From the NCBI RefSeq assembly GCF_037042905.1, contig NC_087250.1:19036001-19100000 (forward strand): 64,000 nt of DNA, given 5' to 3'. The notes under the pieces were generated by a model. It ran no database searches. It worked only from the letters and a program-made list of their open reading frames with translations, and had not been told where the DNA came from. This document shows, in pieces, positions 10,765-23,049 of the stretch; the stretch's first letter is position 1; every line of letters begins with the position of its first letter. The DNA comes from Lytechinus pictus. Taxonomy: Eukaryota. The translations under genes were made by a program, and so were the position numbers.

Positions 10765-12470
10765 AGATAAAACCTCGTAGACTCATAATTCACAAATCAC
10801 CATCTCCCAGCCAAGTATAATTAATGGTTAAGACCTCGAAGGCTCAAAATTCACAGGTCACCATCTCCCAGCCAAGTATAAAGTTAAGGAGAGAGAGAGA
10901 GAGATATAAATACTGGGTGTGCCGTTCACCTACAATTTAAAGGATACGACCTCGTAGGCTCATAATTCACAGGTCACCATCTCCCAGCCAAGTATAAAGT
11001 GAAGGGGAGAGAGAAAGAGATAGAAAGAAAGAAAATACTGGGTGTGCCGTTCACCTACAATTTAAAGGATAAGCCCTCGTAGGCTCATAATTCACAGGTC
11101 ACCATCTCCCAACCAAGTAGAAAGTGAAGGAGAGAGAAAGAGATAGAAAGAAGATACTGGGTGTGCCGTTCACCTACAATTTAAAGGAAAAACCTCGTAG
11201 GCTCATAATTCAAAGGTCACCATATCCCAGCCAAGTATATAGTGAAGGAGAGAGAGAGATATATATATATATATATATATATAAAGAAAATACTGGGTGT
11301 GCCGTTCACCTAGAATTTCTAGGATAAGACCTCGTAGGCTCATAATTCACAGGTCACCATCTCCCAGCCAAGTACAAAGTGAAGGAGAGAGAAAGAGATA
11401 GAAAGAAAATACTGGGTGTGCCGTTCACCTACAATTTAAAGGAAAAACCTCGTAGGCTCATAATTCACAGGTCATCATCTCCCAGCCAAGTATAAAAAGA
11501 AGGAGAGAGAGAGAGAGAGATAGAAAGAAAACACTGTGTGTGCTGAATTTAAAGGATAAGACCTCGTAGGCTCATAATTCACAGGTCATCATCTCTCAGC
11601 CAAGTATAATTAATAGTCAAGACCTCGTAGGCTCATAATTCACAGTTCACTATCTCCAAGCCAAGTATAAAGTGAAGGAGAGAGAGAGAGAGAGATAGAA
11701 AGGAAATACTGGATGTGCCGTTCACCTACAATTTAAAGGATAAGACCTCGTAGGCACATAATTCACAGGTCACCATCTTCCAGCCAAGTATAAAGTGAAG
11801 GAGAGAGAGAAAGAGAGATAGAAAGAAAACACTGGGTGTGCCTAATTTAAAGGATAAGACCTCGTAGGCACATAATTCACAGGTCACCATCTTCCAGCCA
11901 AGTATAAAGTGAAGGAGAGAGAGAAAGAGAGATAGAAAGAAAACACTGGGTGTGCCGAATTTAAAGGATAAGACCTCGTAGGCACATAATTCACAGGTCA
12001 CCATCTTCCAGCCAAGTATAAAGTGAAGGAGAGAGAGAAAGAGAGATAGAAAGAAAACACTGGGTGTGCCTAATTTAAAGGATAAGACCTCGTAGGCTCA
12101 TAATTCACAGGTCACCATCTCCCAGCCAAGTATAAAAGTGAAGGAGAGAGAGATAGAAAGGAAATACTGGGTGTGCCGTTCACCTACAATTTAAAGGATA
12201 AAACCTCGTAGGCTCATAATTCACAGGTCACCATCTCCCAGCCAAGTATAAAAGTGAAGGAGAGAGAGATAGAAAGGAAATACTGGGTGTGCCGTTCACC
12301 TACAATTTAAAGGATACGACCTCGTAGGCTCATAATTCACAGGTCACCATCTCCCAGCCAAGTATAAAATGAAGGAGAGAGAGAGATAGAAAGGAAATAC
12401 TGGGTGTGTCAGTCACTAACAATTAAAAAGATGTAACCTCCTATGCTAAAAATTCACTGACCACCATCTA
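10765..12470. repeat. Tandem repeat with ~115-125-bp unit containing a variable (GA)n microsatellite
   Basis: Unit GACCTCGTAGGCTCATAATTCACAGGTCACCATCTCCCAGCCAAGTATAAAGTGAAGG(GA)n...CTGGGTGTGCCGTTCACCTACAATTTAAAGGAT, about 14-16 copies. Confidence 0.95.
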
Positions 12471-12617
12471 TTTGCCATGAATAAAGAGAAAGGGAAAATG
12501 AGAAATATATAACCCCCCCCCAAAAAAAAAAACATTTTCTTGCCTAAACTCCTTTCTTTGTACAACATTCACGTAAATAACACCATCTTATATATTTTCA
12601 TTATCATTTATACCTCC

Positions 12618-13415
12618 TTTTTTGTCTCGCCTGCATAGCAGAGCAAAACTATAAGGTGCCGCTTTTCTGACGGCGGCAGCGGTGTCGTCAACATCAAATC
12701 TTAAGCGAAGGTTAAGTTTTTGAAATGCCATCATAGCTTAAAAAGGATTAGGGTCAAGCTCATGAAACTTGGATATAATGGTTATCAATTATTGCTGAAC
12801 ATCCTGCCAGAGGCTGATGTCACATATCCAAGGTCAAAAGTCATTTAGGGTCAATAAACTTAGACCATGTTAGGGGAATCAACATCAAAATCTTAACCTT
12901 CTAGTCCATGAAACTGGGACATAAGGGTGATCAAGTATTATTGAACACTCTGCCCGAGTTTCAGGTCACATGAATAAGGTCAAAGGTCATTTAGGGTCAA
13001 TGGACGTAGATTATGTTGGGGAATTAGTTGAACTGCCATAACTTTGAGAGCTTATAGATTGAGTTAATCAAACTTAGATATAACAGCAATCAAGTATCAG
13101 CAAACATCCTGTGCAAGTTTCAGGTCACATGACCAAGGTCAAAGGTCATTAGGGTCAACGAACTTTAGTCATGTTGGAGGTATTTGCTGAATTGCCATCA
13201 TAACTTTGAAAGTTAAAGATATATTTCATGGAACGTAGACATTAGAGTAATCAAGTATCATTGAACATCCTGCTTGTGATTCTGGTCACATGACCAAGGT
13301 CAAAGGTCATTTAGGGTCAATGAACATAGTATTTTATCATCATATGAGTTGTGGGGGTTTTCTATAAATGACTTTTCAATAGTTGTTTTTCAAAGTCAGC
13401 ACTACTGCTATTATA
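12618..13415 (+). mobile_element. Helentron-associated/DINE-1-like non-autonomous element, 3' end lost
   Basis: 5' TTTTGTCTCGCCTGC is the same subTIR as the 34465-36023 element. It is followed by a GGC/GTC microsatellite and GGTCAAAGGTCA core repeats. Confidence 0.65.
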
Positions 13416-13419
13416 CATC

Positions 13420-14455
13420 GAGATAAAAAGAAAGAAAAAACACGACACGCTTTAATGTCTAAATAATAAGTGGTAAGTGGGAAACACAGAAAGACAAGAA
13501 AAGAGCAGCAATCAAGATTAAGAGTACTTTAGGAACGGCACGGACAAGAGAATAGTGGGTGATAAGTGTATTGTATACTGATCAAAATGAACGATATGAT
13601 ATGTCTATGTGTTTAAGTTGGTATTTGAAAGAATGTACAGATTTTGAAAATCTTATATGGTCAGGCAGCTGGTTCCAATTGAAAGAGCCTAGAAACAGAA
13701 AAGATTTTTGGTAAAAGGTCGTACGACCTTTTGGGCAATCTCAAGAGCAATTTGTCAGAACTACGTGTGGTTCTCGTAGAGACATCATCGACAAATGAAA
13801 GTCTATTGTATAAAATGGCGGGCGATAATTTGTTGACACACTTATACATAAGAACACATGAGGTTCTATGGAAAACTTTGTTTAGAGAGGGCCAATCTAG
13901 TTCTTTAAACACGATTTCAGAACGTGTCATCCATGTGCGATTTGATATCAGATACGCTGCTCTTTTATGTAACGTGTTAAGCGTGTCATAATTTCCTTCT
14001 GATCTCCCAAACCAAACATTAGAACAATAAAGGACATGGGGAATGACATATCCCCAATAAAGTTTGGAAAGTTGAGATTTATTAAAATAATGTTTATTCC
14101 TGCGAATAATTCCAAGCTTACGTTTGATAAGGTTTGAAATTGAATTGGTATGTTGCTTAAAGTCAAGGCAATTATCAATTGTTACGCCCAAACACTTCAC
14201 TTCATTTACACATTCTAGAGTACAGCCATGTATATTTATTGATATTTGTTGATTATGAGTAGTACTTAGTTTTTGTTTTGACCCTAATAGCATTACTTTT
14301 GTTTTATTATAGTTTAAGATTAGTCTGTTATTTCTTATCCATGAATAGGTCTCGCATAGTGCCTGGGTTAGATTGGTTTCGACCTCTGCTTTAGTCTTAC
14401 CAGATACTGAAATAGTAGTGTCATCTGCGTACATATACACTGAGGCACTAGTAAC
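13420..14455 (-). mobile_element. CR1/L2-group LINE 3' fragment (RT C-terminus and 3' UTR)
   Basis: ORF 14440-13661 contains YADDTT, KTKVM, CLGVTID and Y.S.VW. Confidence 0.9.
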
Positions 14456-15300
14456 ATGATTCGATATATTAGTGTTTCAAAATTATTTAAAGATTTAAAA
14501 TGGCAAGACTTTGAGACGCGAAGAGATTATTTCATTAATGTACTTATGTATCGTTGCATACATGGCTCTGCACCACTGAGACTTTGCAATGAAATAGAAA
14601 TGTTTTATGACAGACATGGTTTTAATACTCGTAATGCTGATTCTTTAAATGTCGTCCCGCCCAAACCAAATACCGAACCTTTCAAACAATCCTTCAAATA
14701 CTCAGGTGCAAAATCATGGAATTCTCTCCCAAATGAATTACAAAATCAACAAACCCTTAACTCGTTCAAGAGAAATTATAAACAAAAATATTTTTGAATA
14801 AGATTGATATTACTCTTTAATCAGATGGGTTTCTTTTATAATGAATAGAATAATCATGTTTACTTTTTAAAATATATTTGATATGTTAGTCATATTAATA
14901 TTTTGAGTTTGGTTCAATATTCTCCTTCTTAATATTCCTCTTCTCATTGTTTTTCAATTTCTTGTTTCATTTCTTTCTGACTCCCATCCCCCCTATTTTT
15001 GCTCCATCCTCGGAGTCGACTATTGTTCAATCCTCGGTCGTTTCTATTTCACTGACATTCAAACAATTGTTTCTACTTTCAAACTCGACTTATCACATTT
15101 CTCTTGATTCAAAAATTTTGTCGTTTTGCTATTTTGTTTATCTTATATCTATTTTGTTGCTTGTATATTAATCTTATGAATATTGAATTTATTTTACTGA
15201 TTGTATTTTGTCCTTCAGGACCATGATGTAAAACAGCCATTGTGCTGATACATGTTTTTATACTGAATAAATATTTTGAAATAAATAAATTTAAAAAAAA
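14456..15300 (+). mobile_element. Second CR1/L2-group LINE 3' fragment, head-to-head with the previous one
   Basis: Reads L.W...RR...MY.C....AP...FKYSGAKSWNSLP...SFK. The 3' UTR ends in AATAAA and an A-rich tail at about 15266-15300. Confidence 0.88.
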
Positions 15301-18300
15301 TGTTCGAACTAGAGAGGCGCTAAATTGACGTTTGAATGAGGAGGCGCCGAATCGTTGTTCGAACAAAGGGGGGGGGGCGTCAAATTAATGTTCGAACTAG
15401 GAGGGGGTGCCTAGGTGATGTTCCAACTGGGGGGCGCCGAATTGATGTTCAAACGGGGGGGGGGCGTCAAATTCATGTTCGAACAAGGGGACGCTTTATT
15501 AATGTTCGAACTAGGGTGCGCCAAAGTAATGTTCGTCCTGGAGGGTGCCAAACTGATGTTCGACCTGGAGGGAACAAATTGATGTTCGACTTAGCGGTGC
15601 CAAATTGTGTTCGACCTAGAGGGCGACTACTTGATGCTCGAACTAATGGGGCGCAAAATTAATATTTGACCTTGGGGGCCGCCAAATCGACCTGAAATGA
15701 GGGGGCACCAAATTTACATTCATAACTCGGGGGAGGGTGCCGAATCAGTGTTCGACCTTTCGAGCGCCAATTTCATGTTTGACTTTGGGCGACTACTCCC
15801 AATATGTTTTTTTTTTTTCAACTTTGGAAGTGGAGGGGAAGAGAATGGTCATGACGTCTTCATGCCCTCTGTCGAAAGCACAGCGTTTGTTTATCGATGA
15901 AATTTTGACATGAATATATTAGTAAGCATAAATAAAGGAAAATTATCAATGATCAATGAAAATGTGGGATTGGAAACTGACATAAAAGAAAGAGGGGTGA
16001 AAGGAGTAGATGGAATTCAAACTCCATACTCCCGGTTGCAATGAAGAGAAGGATAAGGCCTAGAGTAAAACTGAGGCCGGACCGAGGTTCCGTGAGGTTG
16101 GGTTGCCGAATCGATGTTCGAACTAGGGGGGCCCTAGGGGCACCGAATCGATATTTGAACTAAGGGCCAAATTGATGTTCGAGCTAGGGGGCGCCAAATT
16201 GATGTTGGAACTAGGATGCACCAAAGCGATGTTCGAACTAGGGGGTGCCGAATCGATGTTCGAACAAGGGGGCCCTAGGGGGCACCGAATTGATATTTGA
16301 ACTAAGAGGGGGGCCAAAAATTGATGTTCGAACTAGGGGGCGCCAGATTGATGTTAGAACTAGGGGGCGTCAGATTGATATTCAAACTAGGGGGCAACGA
16401 ATTGATGTTCGAACTAGGGGGCGCCAAATTGATGTTCGAACTAGGCACGCTAAATTGTTGTTCGACCTAGATGGTGCCAAATTGTTTTCGCCCTAGGGGG
16501 CGCCGAATCTATGTTCGTACGTGCAGGGATCACCACATTGAAGTTAGACTTAGATGGGCACTTAATCGATGCACGAACTTCGGGACACCGAATTGATGTT
16601 CGAACTAGGGGGCGGCGCCAAATTGATGTTAGAACAAGGGGGCGCTGAATTGATGTTCCAAGTAGGGGGCCCTAGGGGCGAAAAAGAGATGTTCGAACAA
16701 GAGAGGCGCTGAATTGATGTTCGAATGAGTGGACGCCGATTTGTTGTTCGAACAAGGGGGGGGGGGCATCAAATTGATGATCGGACTAGGGGGTCGCCAA
16801 AGTGATGTTTGCCTTAGGGGGCGCCAATTGATGTTCAACTTCGGGGAGCCAAATCGATGTTCGACTTTATAGGGGGCGCCAAATCGATGTTCGAATTAGG
16901 GGGCGCCAAATTGATGTTCGAACTAGGGGGGGGGGGGGCTAAATTGATGTTCGAACTAGGGGGGGCGCCAAATTGATTTTAGAAGTAGGGGGCGTCATAT
17001 TGATATTTTAACTAGGGGGCCGCCGACTTAATATTCAAACTAGAGAAGCGCTGAATTGACGTTCAAATGAGAGAGCGCCAAAATGTTGTTCAAACAAGGG
17101 GGGGGGCGTCAAATTGATGTTCAACCTCAGGGTTGCCAAATTGTTTTCGACCTAGGTGGCGCCGAATCGGTGTTCGAACTAGGGGCACCGAATTGATGTT
17201 CGAAGTAGGGGCCGCCAAATTGATTTTCGAACTAGGGAGGGGGAGGGCGCTGAACTGATGTTAGAACTACGGGGGCGATGAATAGATGTTCGAACTAGAG
17301 AGGCGCTGAATTGACCATCGAATGAGGGGGCGCCGAAATTGTTGTTCGAACTAAGGGGCTCTAGGGGCTTAATTGATGTTTGAACTAGGGGAGCGCCAAA
17401 TTGATGTTCCAAGTAGAAGGAGCCAAATTGATATTGAAATTAGGGGGCCCTAGGGGACACCGAATAAATGTTTGAATTAGGGGGCGCCGAATGGATGTTT
17501 GAATTAGGCGGCGCCAGACTGTTGTTCGAACTAGAGAAGCTCCGAATCGACGTTCGAATGAGGGGGCGTAGAATTGATAGAACTAGGGAGGGCGTCAAAA
17601 TGGTGTTCGACCTAGGGGGCGCCAAGTTGATGTTCGACCCAGGGGGGAAATTGTTGTTCGACCTAGGGGGTGCCAAATTGTTTTCGCCCTAGGGGGCGCC
17701 GAATCTATGTTCGTACGTGCAGGGATCACCACATTGAAGTTAGACTTAGATGTGCACTTAATCGATGCACGAACTTCGGGGCACCGAATCGATGTTCGAA
17801 CTAGGGGGCGGCGCCAAATTGATGTTAGAACAAGGGGGCGCTGAATTGATGTTCCAAGTAGGGGGCCCTAGGGGCGCAAAACTGATGTTCGAACTAGAGA
17901 GGCGCTGAATTGATGTTCGAATGAGTAGACGCCGAATCGTTGTTGGGGGGGGGGCATCAAATTGATGATCGGACTAGGGGGTCGCCAAAGTGATGTTCGC
18001 CTTAGGGGGCGCCAAATTGATGTTCAACTTCGGGGAGCCAAATCGATGTTCGACTTTATAGGGGGCGCCAAATCGATGGTCGAATTAGGGGGCGCCAAAT
18101 TGATGTTCGAACTAGGGGGGCGCTTAATTGATGTTCGAACTAGGGGGGGCGCCAAATTGATGTTAGAAGTAGGGGGTGTCAAATGGTGTTCGACCTAGGG
18201 GATGGCGATTTGATGTTCGAACTAGGGGGCGCCAAAATGATGTTCTAACTAGGGGGCACCAAATTGATGTTCGAACTAGGGGCCTTGGGGGCGCTGAATT

Positions 18301-18780
18301 GATGTTTGACCTTGGGGGCGCCGAATAGATGTACGATCTAGAGGGGCGGCAAATAGATTTTCCAATGGAGGGGGGATTTGATGTACGAATAAGGGGACCC
18401 TAGGGGGGCGCCGAATTGATGTTTGAATTAGAGGGTGCCACACTAATGATCGAGCTAGAGAAGCTCCGGATCTACGTTCGAATGAGGGGGCAACGAATTG
18501 ATGTTCAAACTAGGGGGCTAATTGATGTTTCAAGAAGGGGGAGCCGGATTTACGTTCAAAGTAAGGGACCCTAGGTGGCCGAACCGATGTTTGAATTAGG
18601 GGGCGCCGAACGAATGTTTAAATTCGGGGGGGGGGCGCCACACTGATGTTCGAATTGGAGAAGCTCCGAATCTATGTTCGAATGAGGGGGCGCCGAATGG
18701 ATGATCGAAATAGGGGGGCGGCAAAATTATGTTCGACCTAGGGGGCGCCAATTTGATGTTCGAACTAAGGAGGTGCCAAA
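15301..18780. repeat. ~28-30-bp GC-rich minisatellite array with higher-order duplication
   Basis: Unit GATGTTCGAACTAGGGGGCGCCAAATT, interrupted at about 15800-16100. Block 16455-16990 is repeated at about 17650-18170. Confidence 0.95.
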
Positions 18781-18825
18781 GATATCGAAGATGACGTATC
18801 GTCACCGCCCAACGATCAGTCCACT

Positions 18826-19647
18826 TTGAATGACATTCCACCTCCTGATGAAGACTCGAACAAAGGTTTGACATCCGAAGAATGTCATCAGTGTGGCGCT
18901 AAATGTGGATCAAAGGATCACAACTGCATGATGAGATGTAAAGGTATGAATCATCGCATTGACCAGCTGTCGCAGGAATTACGTAAGGTTCAACACGCCG
19001 TAGAAGCTTTACTCGACAACACTATGAAGTCCCAGAATCCCTCCTCTCAGCAAGTTCATCAAAGTGATTGCCTCTCGGCACAAAAGCCTCATCGTCAAAG
19101 ACGTCACGGTCCCGGTCAGGTGCAAACAGATGTTCCTAGGGTTCAGGATGCGTTCCCAGCCGTACCCACTCATCATAACTCCCAACTCCCATCTATGATG
19201 CATATGAATGGATATCCAAGGCCCCCACCACCTCAAGCATCCAGACCCCCTCCACCCCCTGCACCCTCCAAACCCACACAACTTGCTCAACCTAATCCTC
19301 AATATAGATCTTCGCAGTTCTACTCTCAGGATAATGCACGACCCCCCGTGTCATATTACCCGCCCCACACTAGTTTTCAGGCCCCCCAGCGGTACCACAT
19401 TCCATATCCCAACTCTTCACAACGCAGTCATACTTCAATGGATCCGTACCTGGATCCTTATTTCACCAATAAACGTCGTTCATACGCTTCAGTAGCTCGA
19501 CCCCCACCTTCTTTCTACGATATTCCAGCAAGCTGTAGAATTTGTGGCGAACAGAACCACCGTGAACACACATGCCGACATGGAATACAATTACAATGCC
19601 GAAGATGTTTTGAATTCGGTCATAAAGAGAAAATGGGTCAATATTAG
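18826..19647 (+). CDS. LINE ORF1 (gag-like: coiled coil, Pro/Gln-rich region, two zinc knuckles)
   Basis: CRICGEQNHREHTC and degenerate CRRCFEFGHKEKM, directly upstream of an APE endonuclease ORF. Confidence 0.8.
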   Translation: MNDIPPPDEDSNKGLTSEECHQCGAKCGSKDHNCMMRCKGMNHRIDQLSQELRKVQHAVEALLDNTMKSQNPSSQQVHQSDCLSAQKPHRQRRHGPGQVQTDVPRVQDAFPAVPTHHNSQLPSMMHMNGYPRPPPPQASRPPPPPAPSKPTQLAQPNPQYRSSQFYSQDNARPPVSYYPPHTSFQAPQRYHIPYPNSSQRSHTSMDPYLDPYFTNKRRSYASVARPPPSFYDIPASCRICGEQNHREHTCRHGIQLQCRRCFEFGHKEKMGQY

Positions 19648-19680
19648 GTCCACGGCCAAGAAGAGTGTGCCCCGATTAAC

Positions 19681-20022
19681 TTGACGACGAGAAAAGATGA
19701 AATTAATCTGAATTTGTCACCCAACAGCGAATACTGCGAATGTGCTTCTCGTTTATCTAAATACAAGGGCCTAACAATCGGTCACCTCAATGTCCCGAGC
19801 GTTTATGATAAAATTGATGAAATACGCTTTTTAATCACCAAGTTTAATTTTGATATATTAATTTTGACTGAAACCTGGTTACATGAAAAAATTAGCAATA
19901 CTGAAATGAAAATTGGAAGTTATAACATAGTAAGAAAAGATAGAGATAGTGGTTAAAGAGGTGGAGGAGTATTACTGTTTATTCGTGACACCTTAATGTT
20001 TTCTGAAAGATGTGATTTAGAC
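19681..20022 (+). pseudogene. LINE ORF2 apurinic endonuclease, N-terminal half (in-frame stop at 19954)
   Basis: Reads GHLNV.S...DILILTETWL...RKDR...GGGVLLFIR...ERCDLD and continues at 32531. Confidence 0.88.
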
Positions 20023-20078
20023 CAGGCGCGGATCCATGGGGGGGGGCCGAGGGGGCCTTGGCCCCCCCCCCCTTCGGC

Positions 20079-20909
20079 AAAAAAAAAGAAGAGAGGGAAA
20101 GAAAGAGAAAAAAGAGGGGAAAGAAAAGAAGAAAACAAGAGGGGGAAGAAGGGAAGAAAAAAGAGAGAGGAAAAGGGGGGGAAAGAAAAGAAGAAAAGGG
20201 AAGAGGGGGAAGGAAGGGAAGGAAAAGGGAGAGGAAAAGGGGAAAGAAAGAGAAGGAAAAAGAGAGGGAAAGGAAAAGGAGAAAAAAAAGAGAGAGAGGG
20301 GAAGAGGGGAAAGGAAGAGAAGAAAAAGAGAGAGAGGAGAAAAGGAGAAAAAAGAAGAAGAGAAGAAAAGGGAGGGGGAAGGAGAGGGGGAAGAAAAAAG
20401 AGGAAGAGGGGAAAAGAAAAGGAGAGAGAGGAAGAGGGAGGAAAGAAGAGAAGAAAAAAGAGAGGGGAAAGAAAAGAAGAAAAAAGAAGAGGGGAAAGAA
20501 AAGAAGAAAAAATAGGAGAAGAAGAGGGGAAAGAAAGAGAAAAAAGAGGAAGAGGGGGAAGGAAGAGAAGAAAAAGGGAGGGGGAGGGGGAAGAAAAAAG
20601 AGGAAGTAGGGAAAGAAGAGGGGGGAAGAGAGAGGAAGAAGGGAAAGGAAAAGGCGAAAAAGGAGAGAGAGGAAAAGGGAAGAAAGAAGAGAAAAAAGAG
20701 AGAGAAGGGGGAAGAAAAGGGGAAAGGAAGAGAAGAAAAGGGAGGGGGAGAGGGGGAAGAAAAAAGAGGAAGAGGGGAAAGAAAAGGAGAAAAAGGAGAG
20801 AGGAAGAGGGAGGAAAGAAGATAAAAAAAAAGAGAGAAAGAAAAGAAGAAAAGGAGAGAGGAAGAGGGGAAGGACGAGAAGAAAAAAAGAGGAAGAGGAG
20901 GAAAGAAAA
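20079..20909. repeat. ~830-bp almost pure polypurine tract
   Basis: Nearly all A/G on the + strand, with internal repeats. Confidence 0.97.
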
Positions 20910-22640
20910 TGATGTTCGAACCAAAAGGGCGCCGAAATGATGTTCGAATGAATGTCAAAATGATGTTCGAACTGGGGGCGCCAGATTGATACTCGAACAA
21001 GGGGGGGGGGGAGGGGGCCGAATCGATGTTCGAACTAGGGGGACGCCAAATTGATACTCGAACTAGGGGGGCTCAGAATTGATGTTGGAACTAGGGGGCG
21101 CAAAATTGATACTCGAGCTAGGGGGGCCGAAATTATATTCGAACTAGAGGCGCCAAATTGATGTTGGACCTACATGTAGGGGCGCCGAATTGATATTCGG
21201 AATTAGGAGGACGCCGAAATGATGTTCGAAGGGATGTTAAAATGATGTTCGAACTGGGGGCGCCAAATTGATACTCGAACTAGGGGGGGGGGAGGGGCCG
21301 AATCGATGTTCGAACTAGGGGGACGCCAAATTGATACTCGAACTAGGGGGGCTCAGAATTGATGTTGGAACTAGGGTGCGCCAAATTGATACTCGAACTA
21401 TGGGGCGCCAAATTGATGTTGGACCTACATGTAGGGGCGCCGAATTGATATTCGATCTAGGAGGGCGCCAAAATGATGTTCGAAGGGATGTTAAAATGAT
21501 GTTCGAACTGGGGGCGCCAAATTGATACTCGAACTAGGGGGAAGGGGGCGAATCGATGTTCGAGCTAGGGGGGCGCCAAACTGATACTCAAACTAGGGGG
21601 GCGCCGAATTGATGTTCGAACTAGGGGGGGGCGCCAAATTGATACTCGAGCTAGGGGGCGAAATGATTTTCGAACTAGGGAAACCAAATTCAGTTCGAAG
21701 GGATGCCAAAATGATGTTCGAACTGGGGGTCGAATTGATGTTCGAACGGGAAGGGGGGGGGGGCGAATTGATGATCGACCTACATGTAGGGGCGCCGAAT
21801 TGATACTCGAACTAGGGGGGGGGGGCGCCGAATCGATGTTCGAACTAGGGTCACCACATTGATGTTTGAACTAGGGGGCGCCGAATTGATATTCGAACTA
21901 GGGGCGCCAATTTGATGTTCCAACTGGGGGCGCCAAATTGATGTTCAACCTAGGGAGGCCAAATAGATGTTCGACGTAGGGGGGCGCCGATTGAATATTC
22001 GAACTAGGGTCGCCAAATTGATGTTCGAACTAGGGGGCGCCGAATTGCTATTCGAACTTGGGGCGCCAAATTGATGTTCGAACGAAGGGGGCGCCAAATC
22101 GATGTTCGAACTAGGGGGACGCCAAATTGATACTCGAACTAGGGGGGCTCAGAATTGATGTTGGAACTAGGGGGCGCCAAATTGATACTCGAGCAAGGGG
22201 GGGGGGCGAAATGATATTCGAACTAGGGGCGCCAAATTGATGTTGGACCTACATGTAGGGGCGCCGAATTGATATTCGAACTAGGAGGGCGCCGAAATGA
22301 TGTTCGAAGGGATGTTAAAATGATGTTCGAACTGGGGGCGCCAAATTGATACTCGAACTAGGGGGGGGGAGGGGGCCGAATCGATGTTCGAACTAGGGGG
22401 ACGCCAAATTGATACTCGAACTAGGGGAGCGCCGAATTGATGTTCAAACTAGCGGGGCGCCAAATTGATGTTCGAACTAGGGGAGCGCTAATTTGATGTT
22501 TGACCATAAGGCGACATGTTTCAGAAGGGGGAGGGCAAAGTGATATTTCACATGGCGCCAAAATCATGTTCAACCGAGGGCGCTAAATTGACCTTGAACT
22601 TAGGGGGCTCCATGCAAATTCATGTTCGACCAGGGGCGCA
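20910..22640. repeat. Second array of the 28-30-bp GTTCGAAC/GGCGCC minisatellite, inside the hAT-like element
   Basis: Same unit as 15301-18780, with variants GATACTCGAAC and GGACCTACATGTAGG recurring. Confidence 0.95.
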
Positions 22641-23049
22641 ACATTGCTCGTATTGCCTGTTTATAGTGAAATTTATTTCCTGCCCAAAAAGGTTAAATTA
22701 ATGCGGCTGATTTAAAATATCCTGTTTTTACGATAATAGACAAAAATCAATGTGCTCGAGTTTGAAGTTTGTTTCGCAAGATAGGTAACCTGTTCAGGGT
22801 CAGAAAAGGGGTAAATATCAAATTCAGCTGGCGCTACGCGCTCGCAATATTTGATTAGTGAGGTGTGTATCCTCTCCATCGATCACACGTACATAAGTCC
22901 TTAAAATGTTAGTGTTTTTCAAGTCAATATACATAGGCCGATCCAGGGGGAAAAGTTTTTGCCCCCCCCCCCCCCATGGTGGCGCAACAAAAAAAGGGGA
23001 AAAAAAGAAAAAAAAAGACGAAGAGAAAAAGGAAAAACTTTTAGAATAG

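Noticed and set aside
13661..14797. Classical twin-priming 5' inversion of one LINE
   Set aside because: Both fragments cover the same C-terminal region with different sequences, so they are two elements.
19953..21000. Long K/R/E/G-rich and F/L/S/P-rich ORFs (up to 327 aa)
   Set aside because: By-product of a polypurine tract that lacks stop codons. They are open in many frames on both strands.
15301..22640. Palindromic ~30-bp repeats resembling a CRISPR array
   Set aside because: Units are contiguous and degenerate with no unique spacers. There are no cas genes and the context is eukaryotic.
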